Shown here: positions 48,128-57,984 of the stretch, in pieces | How the letters are laid out: every line of letters starts with the position of its first letter | Position numbering within the stretch: the first letter of the stretch is position 1 | From: Polyangiaceae bacterium | Lineage (GTDB): Bacteria; Myxococcota_A; Polyangia; Polyangiales; Polyangiaceae | Assembly (NCBI GenBank): GCA_033763455.1 | Contig: JANRKO010000011.1 | Coordinates: 77,081-141,080 of the forward strand | Length of the DNA: 64,000 bases | Direction of reading: 5' to 3' | Notes under the pieces: model-generated | Seen by the model: the letters and a program-made list of their open reading frames with translations, nothing else | What the model was told of the DNA's origin: nothing | Databases searched by the model: none | Made by a program: the position numbers and the translations under genes

Positions 48128-48868
48128 ATGAACTTGCTGCTCCTACAGCCGGCGGATCTCGACGGCAAGCATGCCCGCGTAGAGGGTCGACGAGCTGCCC
48201 ATATCTCACGCGTGCTGAAGAAAAAACCAGGTGACAAGGTTCGGGCAGGTGTCGTCAATAGCGGTACTTGTATCGCGACCATTATTGAGATGGACGAGAC
48301 CCGGATCGAGCTTGAGCTGTCCCCCATAAACTTGGTGGCCGCACCCACAACTCACATCGTACTTGCCCTGCCACGGCCGAAGGTGATTTCGCGCGTGGTG
48401 GCAGCCGTCTCCAGCTTCGGGGTCAAGAGCCTTACTCTGATCAACGCCTGGCGAGTGGAGAAAGCTTACTTCGAATCTCCCCGAATCACCCAGGAGCGCC
48501 TCTTGGAAGATGCGATTCTGGGCTGCGAACAGGGCGCGCAAGTGTGGTTGCCTGAAATCTCAGTCGAGCGCTCATTTCGCCGTTACGTGGAAGATCTGGA
48601 CCAAGCTCAGCTTGGGCTCAATGCTGCGGCGCGCGTTGTGCTCCACCCAGGTTCGGAGGCGTCCCTCGCTAGCGCCCTCTGCTCCTCATACGAGCCGACG
48701 ATGCCCGTATTGCTTGCGTTAGGTCCGGAGGGTGGCTTCATCGATGCCGAGGTGGCCAGTTTCGAACGCGCCGGGTACAAGCCGGCGGAGCTCCGAACCG
48801 GACCACTACGAACCGAAGTCGCTCTCTCAGCTGCTCTTGGTCAACTCGCCTTGTTACGCGAGCACTGA
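48128..48868 (+). CDS. rsmE: 16S rRNA m3U1498 methyltransferase
   Basis: HISRVL, LALPRPK, EQG, LGPEGGF, LRTEVA. Confidence 0.88.
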   Translation: MNLLLLQPADLDGKHARVEGRRAAHISRVLKKKPGDKVRAGVVNSGTCIATIIEMDETRIELELSPINLVAAPTTHIVLALPRPKVISRVVAAVSSFGVKSLTLINAWRVEKAYFESPRITQERLLEDAILGCEQGAQVWLPEISVERSFRRYVEDLDQAQLGLNAAARVVLHPGSEASLASALCSSYEPTMPVLLALGPEGGFIDAEVASFERAGYKPAELRTGPLRTEVALSAALGQLALLREH

Positions 48869-48971
48869 CTCAGCGCTAACCTTCGGCTGGGAGGGAGCTG
48901 TTCCGAGCCAATCTGCCAGTGGGGCCAGCTGCGCTAGCCCCGGAAGCAAGAGACGCCAACGTTCGCTAGCC

Positions 48972-49550
48972 TCACTTGTTCAGCTCTAACTTGACATCAA
49001 TAGTCACCATGTCCCCAACTAACACGCCACCCTTATCCAGCGTTTTGTTCCACGTTAGCCCGAAATCCTGACGTTTGATTTTTCCCGAAACCTTCACGGA
49101 CCGAACGGACTTGCCCCAGGGGTTTTGAAGGCTGTTCGAAAGCGAGGCAGCAAGAGTAACGGGCTTGGTGATCCCCCGAATTGTTAGGTTTCCAGCAATC
49201 TTGTATCCCGAGCCAGCTTTGGAAATCTTGGACGACTTGAAGTCGATGTTTGGGAACTTCTCGGCATCAAAAAAATCCGCGCTCTTCAGGTGCTTATCTC
49301 GGTCGGCATTGTCGGTGTTGATGGAGCTCACCGGAATACTGAAATCGACACTACTCTTGGTGGGGTCAGCCTCATCGAGCTCCACCTTTCCTTTGAATTC
49401 CCTGAAGTTCCCCTCCACCTCCGACACGACCATGTGGGGGACGCTAAAGCTGACCCGTGAATGGCTCGCATCAATGGCCCAACTTGAGGGAGCCGCGATG
49501 GCAAGAGAGGAAACAAGGGTGAGAGCGGTGGAAAGCATCAGATTTCGCAT
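48972..49550 (-). CDS. YceI family protein
   Basis: WAIDASHS, INTDNADRDKHLKSADFFD, GNLTIRGITK. Confidence 0.93.
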   Translation of the reverse strand: MRNLMLSTALTLVSSLAIAAPSSWAIDASHSRVSFSVPHMVVSEVEGNFREFKGKVELDEADPTKSSVDFSIPVSSINTDNADRDKHLKSADFFDAEKFPNIDFKSSKISKAGSGYKIAGNLTIRGITKPVTLAASLSNSLQNPWGKSVRSVKVSGKIKRQDFGLTWNKTLDKGGVLVGDMVTIDVKLELNK

Positions 49551-49671
49551 GATTTTTGTCCTTAGGGTGAGGGAGAAGGGCAATCAGTCGCCCAGGCCCG
49601 TCCAACTTAGTACCGGCGAGATCGTTCGCTAGATTGCAACTAGGAAACTTACTGTGTAGCTATTAGAAACT

Positions 49672-50586
49672 ATGTACCCTGCGGACTTACGAGGCCTCTT
49701 CGCGTTTGTTCAGGTGGTGCAGGCTGAGAGCTTCTCAGGGGCCGCGCGGCGCTTGGGGATTACTAAGTCGGCTGTTTCAAAGCTCGTGGCCGGCGCAGAA
49801 GCCTCACTGGGCGTTCAGCTGTTGGTGCGCACCACGCGCAAGGTTTCGCTCACCGAGGTCGGGGAAACGGTCTATCAAGCATGTGCTCGGCTCGGTGAGG
49901 ACTTGGAGGCTGCGCGTGCGGCAGCGTCATCCCAAAGCCTACTTGTGGTTGGGCGATTGAGGGTCGCTGCACCGGCGGTTTTGGGGCGCAACGAGGTGGT
50001 GCCCTTGGTGGCTGATTTCATGGCACAGAACCCGCGAGTTTCGGTGGATCTTATTTTAGGAGACCGTGCAGTAGATCTGGTCGCAGATAGAATCGATGTG
50101 GCGTTGCGAGTGCGCCACACGTTCCCGGATTCCACGCTGATAGTGCGGCGCTTGGCCGCGGTACGGCTTTACTTGTGCGCTTCACCCGCATATCTGAAAC
50201 AGCACGGAACGCCTGCACACCCACGCGACCTCTCGCACCACCAATTCGTGGGGCATATTCCGAGCTCTGACGAACAGCAGCTCACTCTTCAGCGCAAGGG
50301 AACCAAAGTTTCCCTCACTCCGCGAGGGCACTTTTCAAGCGACGATGGCGCCGCGAGCGTTGCCGCTGCACAGGCTGGGCTCGGCCTTGTGGTGGCGCCA
50401 GACTTCGAGGTCAACGAGGGTTTGTCGCATAACACGCTGTCACTCGTTCTACCCGAGTGGAAGCTGGAACCGCTCACGCTCGCAGCGCTCTACCCACAGC
50501 AGCGCCAAGTACCGGCCAAAATCCGAGCCTTTGTTGGCTTTGTCGCCGAGAGATGGGAAACACCACCTTGGCACCAGCGAGGATAG
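49672..50586 (+). CDS. LysR-family regulator
   Basis: SFSGAARRLG..KSAVSK, LGVQLLVRTTR; divergent from YceI gene. Confidence 0.93.
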   Translation: MYPADLRGLFAFVQVVQAESFSGAARRLGITKSAVSKLVAGAEASLGVQLLVRTTRKVSLTEVGETVYQACARLGEDLEAARAAASSQSLLVVGRLRVAAPAVLGRNEVVPLVADFMAQNPRVSVDLILGDRAVDLVADRIDVALRVRHTFPDSTLIVRRLAAVRLYLCASPAYLKQHGTPAHPRDLSHHQFVGHIPSSDEQQLTLQRKGTKVSLTPRGHFSSDDGAASVAAAQAGLGLVVAPDFEVNEGLSHNTLSLVLPEWKLEPLTLAALYPQQRQVPAKIRAFVGFVAERWETPPWHQRG

Positions 50587-50855
50587 GGTGTTAGCGGCTC
50601 GGTGGTGTGCGAAAATCTCCGCATTTACTCCCCTCTTTACTCGTTGTTCGAGAACCGACGCGACACCGCCGAACCGATGCTCCAAGCTGGCGGGTGATTC
50701 GCCCAGCTGCCCGCACAGTTTCGCCGCGTGGAGTTAGAAACCATCGCTGAATTGCGCGCACAGACTTTGTGGGAGCCGACTCTGGTGCTCTTTCAGAGTT
50801 ACCTCAGCATACTCGATGCCCTTGACAACCCCGTGGCCCGAACGCCACCAAAGCG

Positions 50856-51983
50856 TTAGTTGCTAAGTTGGCTTGTAGCAGCGTCCCTAGCCCGTCGCAC
50901 TCGCCTCAGAAGCAAGGTGCCTATCAGCAGAGCCGCGGATGGCACTAAAGCCCCATCCGCTCGTGTTCTGGCCATCGCAACGCCGCACGTGGCTCCTTCG
51001 GCTGAGCGCCCGGCTGAGGGGGATGCAGGTGACATCCCAGAAGCGACGGGTGCAGGCGCAGGTTCATTACCGGGCGCAACGACGTCATCCACCAGTCGAT
51101 TGCAGTTGTCGTCCACCCCATTTTGGACCTCTGGCGCACCCGGGTAGACGGCGGCGTTGCGATCATTGCAGTCATCTCTCGTGATGGAAAAGCCTCCCGT
51201 CGGGGCCCCGAAGATGGGTGCCGCCATCGGGTCGCCGAAGCCATCCCCGTCGCCATCAGTGTACACGAGGCCACAACCTAGACCTTCATCGGGAGTGCCG
51301 TCGCAATTGTCATCCACGACGTTACAGGTTTCCACGCCCACTGGCGAGATCTTCGGGTCTTTGTCATCGCAATCGCCACCTTCCGCCAGAAGATTTTGCG
51401 GCGGCGTGCAGGCCAGAGTGGGCTTTTTCATATCACCGAAGCCGTCCGCGTCGGTGTCCGGATAGTAGGACTTCGCGTCGCAACCGAATGCCATCTGAAA
51501 ATCGGTCATCGTGTGATGATCGTCCATTTCGGTGCCATTAGTGTTGCCCGTTACAGACCACACCGTGAATTTCGCGACCCCAGGCGTAAGCGGTGCTTTC
51601 CACGCCACGCGGAACTGAGCTTTCCCGCCCTCGAGGTTTTTGGGTTGAGCATGAACTATCTCCGTGGGCATCACCAAACGCGTGAAGTCCGGATCGACGA
51701 CGGAGAACTCACCAACCTTGTTGCTAGATACGTAGAACCCAGTTCTCAGTGCGCCGGGAGATCTGGCGGTCAAGCTCAATGTAAACTCCACCGTCTCCCC
51801 AGGAGTGGGCTGGGGGCTGCTCATCCCGATGTCGATCATTGGCCCAGATTTTTCGTAGTGGCAGTTAGCACACGCTTGCGTTTCACCGGTGGGCCTCGCG
51901 AAGGCCTCACCGAACTCGACAAACGTCGCAAACAAGAGAGTACTTCCAGCCGGACCCAGCTTCTTCCAGAGTTGCGCGTTCAT
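50856..51983 (-). CDS. Reeler-like domain plus MopE-related metal-binding repeats, MYXO-CTERM-like tail
   Basis: CANCH; DCDD.DP..P..E.CN..DDNCDG repeats; TCGVA...LLLRRVRR tail. Confidence 0.8.
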   Translation of the reverse strand: MNAQLWKKLGPAGSTLLFATFVEFGEAFARPTGETQACANCHYEKSGPMIDIGMSSPQPTPGETVEFTLSLTARSPGALRTGFYVSSNKVGEFSVVDPDFTRLVMPTEIVHAQPKNLEGGKAQFRVAWKAPLTPGVAKFTVWSVTGNTNGTEMDDHHTMTDFQMAFGCDAKSYYPDTDADGFGDMKKPTLACTPPQNLLAEGGDCDDKDPKISPVGVETCNVVDDNCDGTPDEGLGCGLVYTDGDGDGFGDPMAAPIFGAPTGGFSITRDDCNDRNAAVYPGAPEVQNGVDDNCNRLVDDVVAPGNEPAPAPVASGMSPASPSAGRSAEGATCGVAMARTRADGALVPSAALLIGTLLLRRVRRARDAATSQLSN

Positions 51984-52161
51984 GCGTTGAGTGGAGCACC
52001 GGGCCCAGGCAAATGCACGCGGGTTTTAGCGATCTTCCGACAAATTGTCCCCACCCACTGGTACATCAAAGTGCCGACACCTAGGTCCTAAAAGTCGTGA
52101 GGGCTGCCTCGGGCAACCCGAGTAAGGAACACCGAGATTCATCCTGGCGCTAAATTTCCAC

Positions 52162-53127
52162 TCACTCGCGCGCGGAGCGTCTTCGATAGTGAGCGGGTGA
52201 AACTCCAACGTCTCGTTTGAATGCGTGGCTAAGAGCTGTCTCCGAACCGTAGCCGACTTCGGCTGCAACCTCAGCCAAGCTCTGCTGAGTTGTGCGAAGC
52301 AGCGATGCTGCGAGTTGTAGGCGCCATTTGGCAAGGTATTGGATCGGAGGAATGCCCACGAAGTGCGCGAACCGTTCAGCCAGAACCGAACGAGATACGC
52401 CCACCTCCTTCGCCAGCTCATCTAACGTCCACGCGTGTGCCGGGCGCGCATGTAAGCACTGTAGGGCCTTACCAATTCGGTTATCCCTAAGCCCAGCCAA
52501 CCAGCCCGTGGTTTCGATTGGCAACGCCCCAACGTGGCTTCGGACAACCTCGACGAACAAAAGCTCGCTTACCCTAGCGAGCACACAATCAGTACCGGCT
52601 TCGGGCAAAGACGACTCTCGCATCGCCAAGTGAACCAATTGATGCAGCACCGGATTTCGGACTTTTTCCGCTGGAAGATGCAAAACGCGAGGGAGGGCAG
52701 CCAAGAGCGGATTGAACGGCCGCGCGTCACAACCAAAAAAGCCACAAATAATCTGCGTGCGCTCTTCACTTCCCCCACCTAGCGACACTTCCACGGGCAA
52801 ACGACTCGTGCGCAAGTTGCGGAATAGATCGAAGTCGGGAGCTTCACGCATGCCAGGCTCGCTTGAAAGCACGTGTGCGTCGCCCTGGGGAAAAACAATG
52901 ACATCTCCCGCTTCGAGCAGCACGGGTGGTTGATCCAGAAGGCCTCCCCAACAGCTGCCCCGAGTGACCACGTGGTACTCAATCACATGTTCAGCTCCGG
53001 GCATGATGTGCGGAACCACGGCCTGGCCTTCGGGAGCGTCTGCGGCCCATGGAGCCGAGGCGTCAATCGAAAAGAACACGGCGCCGGTGAGCCGCACCGC
53101 CCGGAGCACTTCGGAGAGGGTGTCCAT
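52162..53127 (-). CDS. AraC-family regulator (cupin_6)
   Basis: MDTLSEVL..VRL, WTLDELA..VGVSRS, VGYGSE.A.S.AFKR. Confidence 0.93.
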   Translation of the reverse strand: MDTLSEVLRAVRLTGAVFFSIDASAPWAADAPEGQAVVPHIMPGAEHVIEYHVVTRGSCWGGLLDQPPVLLEAGDVIVFPQGDAHVLSSEPGMREAPDFDLFRNLRTSRLPVEVSLGGGSEERTQIICGFFGCDARPFNPLLAALPRVLHLPAEKVRNPVLHQLVHLAMRESSLPEAGTDCVLARVSELLFVEVVRSHVGALPIETTGWLAGLRDNRIGKALQCLHARPAHAWTLDELAKEVGVSRSVLAERFAHFVGIPPIQYLAKWRLQLAASLLRTTQQSLAEVAAEVGYGSETALSHAFKRDVGVSPAHYRRRSARE

Positions 53128-53300
53128 CAGCGCGCCCGCCCATTCGCTTCTCGGATCACCGAGGCTCTCTGAGCGCGGGCCTCCGCAGGCCGACGCTCAA
53201 TCATGTCATTGCGATACCCAATCATTCCACTCAACCCACTGGTTCCCTACAACGAATTGCACAGCGCAGCACCCCGCTGCGTTCACGAAAGGACCCTTCC

Positions 53301-54146
53301 ATGACTCTCAGTGTCGATATTTCAGCCAGTTCGAGCACCCAAGCCCCCGTCGACTTGGTGGCCCTCAAAGCTCGCCAACAGCAGGTATGGGCTTCGGGGG
53401 ATTTCGCGGTAGTCGGCACCACCCTGCAAATCGTGGGAGAATCTCTCTGCGAAGCTGCGGACCTCCAAGCCGGCAGCCGGGTGCTTGACGTTGCGTGTGG
53501 CAACGGGAACGCAACACTCGCCGCAGCTCGGCGTTTCTGCAGCGTGGTAGGCCTGGATTACGTGCCGGCGCTCCTAGCGAACGGACGTGAACGCGCTCGG
53601 GCGGAGCGACTCCCTATTGAATTTATCGAAGGTGATGCCGAGGAGTTGCCCTTTGCTGATGGCTCTTTCGACGTCGCACTGTCTACCTTTGGCGTTATGT
53701 TTGCTCCAAACCAAGAACGCACTGCCGCCGAGCTCAGGCGTGTGGTCAAAAAGGGAGGAACGATTGCGTTCGCCAATTGGACCCCCGAAGGTTTCATCGG
53801 AGGTTTGCTGAGGACAGTCGGAAAATACACTCCTCCGCCAGCTGGTGTGCAATCCCCGCTAGGCTGGGGCACCGAGGCCCGACTTGCGCAGCTCTTTCCT
53901 AACGTTTCGGCTGTGCGGAGCGGGCGGAAGAATTTCGTCTTCCGCTACCTTTCCGCTGACCACTTCATCGACATCTTTCGAACGTATTACGGCCCCACTC
54001 ACAAGGCATTTGCGTCGCTCAGTGCTGAACAGCAAGGGTATCTGGCGCTCGAACTTCGAGAACTTGTTGAGAAATTCGCTGCAAAATCTACCTCTGAAAG
54101 TGTTGCCATCCCCGCTGAGTACTTGGAGACAGTGATTACCTGCTGA
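53301..54146 (+). CDS. Class I SAM-dependent methyltransferase
   Basis: VLDVACGNG, GDAEELPF, STFGVMF. Confidence 0.9.
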   Translation: MTLSVDISASSSTQAPVDLVALKARQQQVWASGDFAVVGTTLQIVGESLCEAADLQAGSRVLDVACGNGNATLAAARRFCSVVGLDYVPALLANGRERARAERLPIEFIEGDAEELPFADGSFDVALSTFGVMFAPNQERTAAELRRVVKKGGTIAFANWTPEGFIGGLLRTVGKYTPPPAGVQSPLGWGTEARLAQLFPNVSAVRSGRKNFVFRYLSADHFIDIFRTYYGPTHKAFASLSAEQQGYLALELRELVEKFAAKSTSESVAIPAEYLETVITC

Positions 54147-54163
54147 CCCCCCGCCCACCAGAT

Positions 54164-55015
54164 TCAGCTTTTGCTGAGGCCTTTCGCCCACTCTTCGAGC
54201 CTCTGCAAACGCCCGAACTTCTTCTCAAGGGCCGCCATATCTGCGCTGTAGCCGACGCTTTCGAACCACTCCAGCATCAGAGCGAAATCTTCACTGTTCT
54301 TGCGCACTTCGGCGATCGGAATTTCCACGAATTCTATTTTCCGACCGAGAGCTCGGCTCAGCACGGCTGCAGCTTCCGGCATTGTCACCGAATCGCCCGC
54401 TAGATCGAGCTCTTGGCCGTTGAGCTCAGCAGATTGGATGAAGGCCTGCGCCCCGATTCTGCCGATATCGTCACTGGCAATCATCTGAAGCTTCGTGTTC
54501 GGCTTGAGGGCCGTGAAGATCTTATCGCCATTGAGGAACCAGGGCGAAACTAGATTCTCCATGAAGAACACTGGACGGATGATGACGTAGGATGGAAAGT
54601 TGAGAGCGCGCACGGTTTCTTCCACTCGAGATTTGTTGTCGAAATGGGGGATCCCCGTCTTCCGGTGAGCTGAGCCAACCGACGTGTACACGAAGTGTTG
54701 CACGCCACTCTCGCGCGCTAGGGTGGCCAAGCGCTTACCTTGCTCCTCTTCGTTTGCCACGCCCGCTTCCCAAGTGTTCTGGACCGAAAAGACACCCCAT
54801 ACGCCCGCAAGCGCGTTTTTGAGCGAATCCGCATCATCTAGGTCCCCTACGGTCACTTCCACCCCACTTGCAGCCAATGCCTTGGCCGCGTCTGAATCGG
54901 CCTTACGTGTCAAAGCCTTGAGCCGAAAGCCTTTGCCGGCAAGGTGCCGCGCCACGGCTCCGCCCTGCTTGCCCGTGGCCCCGGTAATGAGAATTGTGCG
55001 CTGATCATTTGCCAT
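54164..55015 (-). CDS. NmrA/HSCARG family protein
   Basis: ITGATGKQGG, PHFDNK, RPVFFMEN. Confidence 0.92.
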   Translation of the reverse strand: MANDQRTILITGATGKQGGAVARHLAGKGFRLKALTRKADSDAAKALAASGVEVTVGDLDDADSLKNALAGVWGVFSVQNTWEAGVANEEEQGKRLATLARESGVQHFVYTSVGSAHRKTGIPHFDNKSRVEETVRALNFPSYVIIRPVFFMENLVSPWFLNGDKIFTALKPNTKLQMIASDDIGRIGAQAFIQSAELNGQELDLAGDSVTMPEAAAVLSRALGRKIEFVEIPIAEVRKNSEDFALMLEWFESVGYSADMAALEKKFGRLQRLEEWAKGLSKS

Positions 55016-55161
55016 AAAGTCTCCTTGAAATGGTGGCCCCTTAGGTAGGAACGCCGAGGCTCAACCGCAAGCCCCCCGGCCCGACCCAGCAACGCATTCT
55101 CTCGCGAGCCTATTCCCACGCTTCCCAAACTCCATTCGGAGCCTTATGGCCTCTTCGCGCA

Positions 55162-56187
55162 ATGCCTGCCTTTCCGCAACACAAGCTATTATTCCAAGCG
55201 AAGCAGCGGGCGGCACTGGTGGGCTATGTGGCGCTGCACGAACTTTTGCGCCTGGTTGCTGGATGGAAAGACAAACCCGACAAAGCAGCCTTCCTTGCGC
55301 TTGAATCGCGCTACCGCAGGCTGCTGCAAGAGGACTGGGAAAACGCGGAAGCTGGGCACTATGCCAAGCGCTTGCTGTTTGAAAACGAGGGATTGGGGCG
55401 TACGCGCAGGCTTTCTTCATTGGCAGTCGAAATCGGAGCTGGGCTCCTTCGTTCGAGGCGAAATGGCTTTCGGGAGTTACCTCGGGGCATCGAGCTTGAG
55501 AATTATCCCGCCTATTTTCGCCGCAATTTTCACTGGCAGAGCGGGGGCTACCTGAGCGCCAACTCCGCGGAACTCTACGACTCACTCGTCGAATTTCTTT
55601 TCTTAGGCACCGCATCCTCGATGCGGCGCCAGGCTATCGTCCCGTTTTCGGAATTTTCCAAGGGGGATCCCCAAAAGAGGCTACAGGTGCTGGACGTTGC
55701 CTGCGGAACCGGTGGCTTTCTTCGGCAGCTTGCCCTCTCGCACCCCCGCCATGTTTATTACGGGCTCGACTTGAGTGAGTTCTACGCCGAACATGCCCGG
55801 ACAAGGCTTTTGCCATTGAACAACGTTGCCGTTCAGTGCGCAAACGCCGAACGCTTGCCTTTCGCTGACAGCTCGCTCGACGCGGTGACCTCCATCTATC
55901 TTTTTCATGAGCTTCCACCGAGCATCCGACGCAGTGTGCTCTTAGAAATGAAACGCGTCTTAAAACCCGGGGGGTTGCTCGTCGTGCAAGATTCCGCACA
56001 GCTATCGGAAAGCCCGGAGCTTTGCTTCTTCTTGGAACGGTTCCACCAGAGGTTCCACGAGCCCTTTTTCAAGCACTACCTGCAAGACCCGCTCGAAGCG
56101 GTGCTCCAAGAGGTTGGCTTTACTTCGCCCAAGGTTGAGCAGGCCTTCGTGGCCAAAACGGTCTGGGCGGAGAAGCCTTGCTCGTGA
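55162..56187 (+). CDS. Class I SAM-dependent methyltransferase
   Basis: YP.Y.RRNFHWQSGGYLS, VLDVACGTG, LFHELP, FHEPF. Confidence 0.88.
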   Translation: MPAFPQHKLLFQAKQRAALVGYVALHELLRLVAGWKDKPDKAAFLALESRYRRLLQEDWENAEAGHYAKRLLFENEGLGRTRRLSSLAVEIGAGLLRSRRNGFRELPRGIELENYPAYFRRNFHWQSGGYLSANSAELYDSLVEFLFLGTASSMRRQAIVPFSEFSKGDPQKRLQVLDVACGTGGFLRQLALSHPRHVYYGLDLSEFYAEHARTRLLPLNNVAVQCANAERLPFADSSLDAVTSIYLFHELPPSIRRSVLLEMKRVLKPGGLLVVQDSAQLSESPELCFFLERFHQRFHEPFFKHYLQDPLEAVLQEVGFTSPKVEQAFVAKTVWAEKPCS

Positions 56188-56209
56188 GCAACTCGTAGGC
56201 AGTTCAGTC

Positions 56210-57169
56210 TCAGCGACCGCAGCAGCCCCACTTAGCCATCAAGTACTTCTCCGTTCCAAAACGCGCGGCTCCGTCCAAAGGTTCGTTGTAGATCAACACT
56301 TCTGCAATGGAGCCCGTGAAATGGGGTGAATCAGCGTCATGCCCACCCAGAGTAAGGGCGACTTCGGTTTCATAGTCCCAGGTTGGCGCCGCACCGCCTG
56401 CGATGGGCACCCCGTTGATGAAGGTAGACACAATCGCTTCGCCACCGGATGGGCGAGTCCCGATGACTTCAATCATCACGGGGTCTTCCGTCAAAAATGC
56501 GTTCTGCGTGAGAAGGTTGGGGCTAGCGGGGTTAGTGGAGCCAAATTCAAGGGCTGTATCGCGCTGCCACAACCCAAGCCTATAGCCGTTGGCGCCGTCG
56601 ATCGACAATATCTCTCCCGAACCATCCGAGGCTCCAGGCACCAGCACTATAAAAAACGCGAAGCCGCTTTGGCTGGTAAAATCGTGATCTTCTGAGTTTG
56701 AAAGGAAGTCGTCCGCGCCGTCAAAAACCGGAATTGAACGGCCCCCGAGGAGCGCTGAGCCAAGAACCGGCTGCTGTGCGTCGACGCTTTGACCCACCGC
56801 ATATGCGGGAAACTGTTCGATTGCAGGCGAGGCCCAAGCCGTAACCTGGTTATCAGTGGTGCTCAGCCCTGAATCGGCCTTCAGCCATACCGAAAGTGCT
56901 GTTTGTGCGGGTTGCATTGGAGCGGGGACGATGTTGCCACCTATGCCGCCAGCGCCAAGTATACCCCCGGTCCCTGAGCCACTCGCTCCACCTGCAAACC
57001 CTCCTGAACCACCAGAAGGGTTCGCCCCACCCAGCCCCGTCGTTCCACCGCTCTGTGGCGGGAACCCGCCGAGCAGCTCAGCGTCGGTGGGAGCCAAAAG
57101 CGAGCAGCCGACCGCCAACAGTGCCAACAGGGGAACTGACGTCCGCATGTACGAACTGAACAAGGTCAC
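56210..57169 (-). CDS. LamG-like jellyroll lipoprotein
   Basis: LAVGC lipobox, WLKAD, FDGADD, G.IAEVLIY, EKYLMAKW. Confidence 0.75.
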   Translation of the reverse strand: MTLFSSYMRTSVPLLALLAVGCSLLAPTDAELLGGFPPQSGGTTGLGGANPSGGSGGFAGGASGSGTGGILGAGGIGGNIVPAPMQPAQTALSVWLKADSGLSTTDNQVTAWASPAIEQFPAYAVGQSVDAQQPVLGSALLGGRSIPVFDGADDFLSNSEDHDFTSQSGFAFFIVLVPGASDGSGEILSIDGANGYRLGLWQRDTALEFGSTNPASPNLLTQNAFLTEDPVMIEVIGTRPSGGEAIVSTFINGVPIAGGAAPTWDYETEVALTLGGHDADSPHFTGSIAEVLIYNEPLDGAARFGTEKYLMAKWGCCGR

Positions 57170-57642
57170 CGGTGTATCCTAGCTAGGCTCGCCCCGGTTG
57201 TCCGCTCCCCCCTAGAATCGAGGAGTTTCAGCGGGAAACTCTGGGTGGGCGGGGTAGGCTCGCCGCCCGGCGTCCGGCCAAGAAATACGTTTCTCGTGGC
57301 CGCCTGATGGATGGTTTCGCGACGCACTCAAGCAAACCGAAGTAACCGTAGCAGCCGCTCGACGCAGCAGTCGCAATCGAGGCCGCGCGTCTCATGCCTC
57401 TCCTGCGCGACCCTGCCGATTTGTCAGATCGCCGGCACGGCGCTTCGCAGAGGTGTTCCGTTTGCGACCTCGAGCCCAAAACATACCGGGCCGGTGCGCG
57501 CACCTTGTTCAATTTTGCGCCGCCCGCCACCGATTCCCTCGAAACGACCTCCGCTCCCAAGATCCGTGAAGTAGAAGCCACGAAAGCGAAGCTGCGATCA
57601 CTCAAGCGTTTCTCAACGTAAGCTGTGATGGTCGCGAACGCT

Positions 57643-57675
57643 GACTTGACCACCAACGGGACTTGACCACCAACG
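57643..57675. repeat. 16-bp direct repeat x2
   Basis: GACTTGACCACCAACG-G-GACTTGACCACCAACG. Confidence 0.85.
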
Positions 57676-57733
57676 CGAGCGCCAAGGCGCGAGCAGGTGA
57701 CCAAGTCCTGGATCGCTGCGCGAGCGAAGCGAG

Positions 57734-57788
57734 TGCACGAGACAGGACTTGAACCTGTACACCTCACGGTACCGGAACCTAAATCCGG
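57734..57788 (-). tRNA. 3' half of tRNA-Leu(TAG), truncated; att site
   Basis: Minus strand: anticodon arm CCGGA-TTTAGGT-TCCGG, long variable arm, T-arm ACAGG-TTCAAGT-CCTGT, 3' acceptor CTCGTGC-A; D-arm and 5' acceptor absent. Confidence 0.85.
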
Positions 57789-57875
57789 AAAGTGTGTATC
57801 GAGGCGTAGCGAATCGACTCGAACGCGATGTTTTCGGTATGCGCCGTTACCGTTGGCGTCGTTTCGGTGATGTCG

Positions 57876-57897
57876 GGGACGATTGAGGGACGATTGA
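57876..57897. repeat. 11-bp tandem repeat, candidate integrase arm-type sites
   Basis: GGGACGATTGA x2, about 90 bp inside the att core. Confidence 0.6.
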
Positions 57898-57984
57898 ATT
57901 CGCCGTGCTCCGACAGGAAAACACAGCACCGCGCTCACAGCTAACGTCTACGTTCAGTGCTAGGATGTCTGGCACCTAGCTGCC

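Noticed and set aside
57433..57449. sigma54-like CGGCACGGCGCTTCGCA
   Set aside because: GG to GC spacing is one base too long
57734..57820. Complete functional tRNA-Leu
   Set aside because: No D-arm or 5' acceptor strand beyond 57788; only the 3' half is present
57228..57938. 236-aa minus-strand ORF
   Set aside because: Spans the att junction and tRNA fragment; no recognisable motifs
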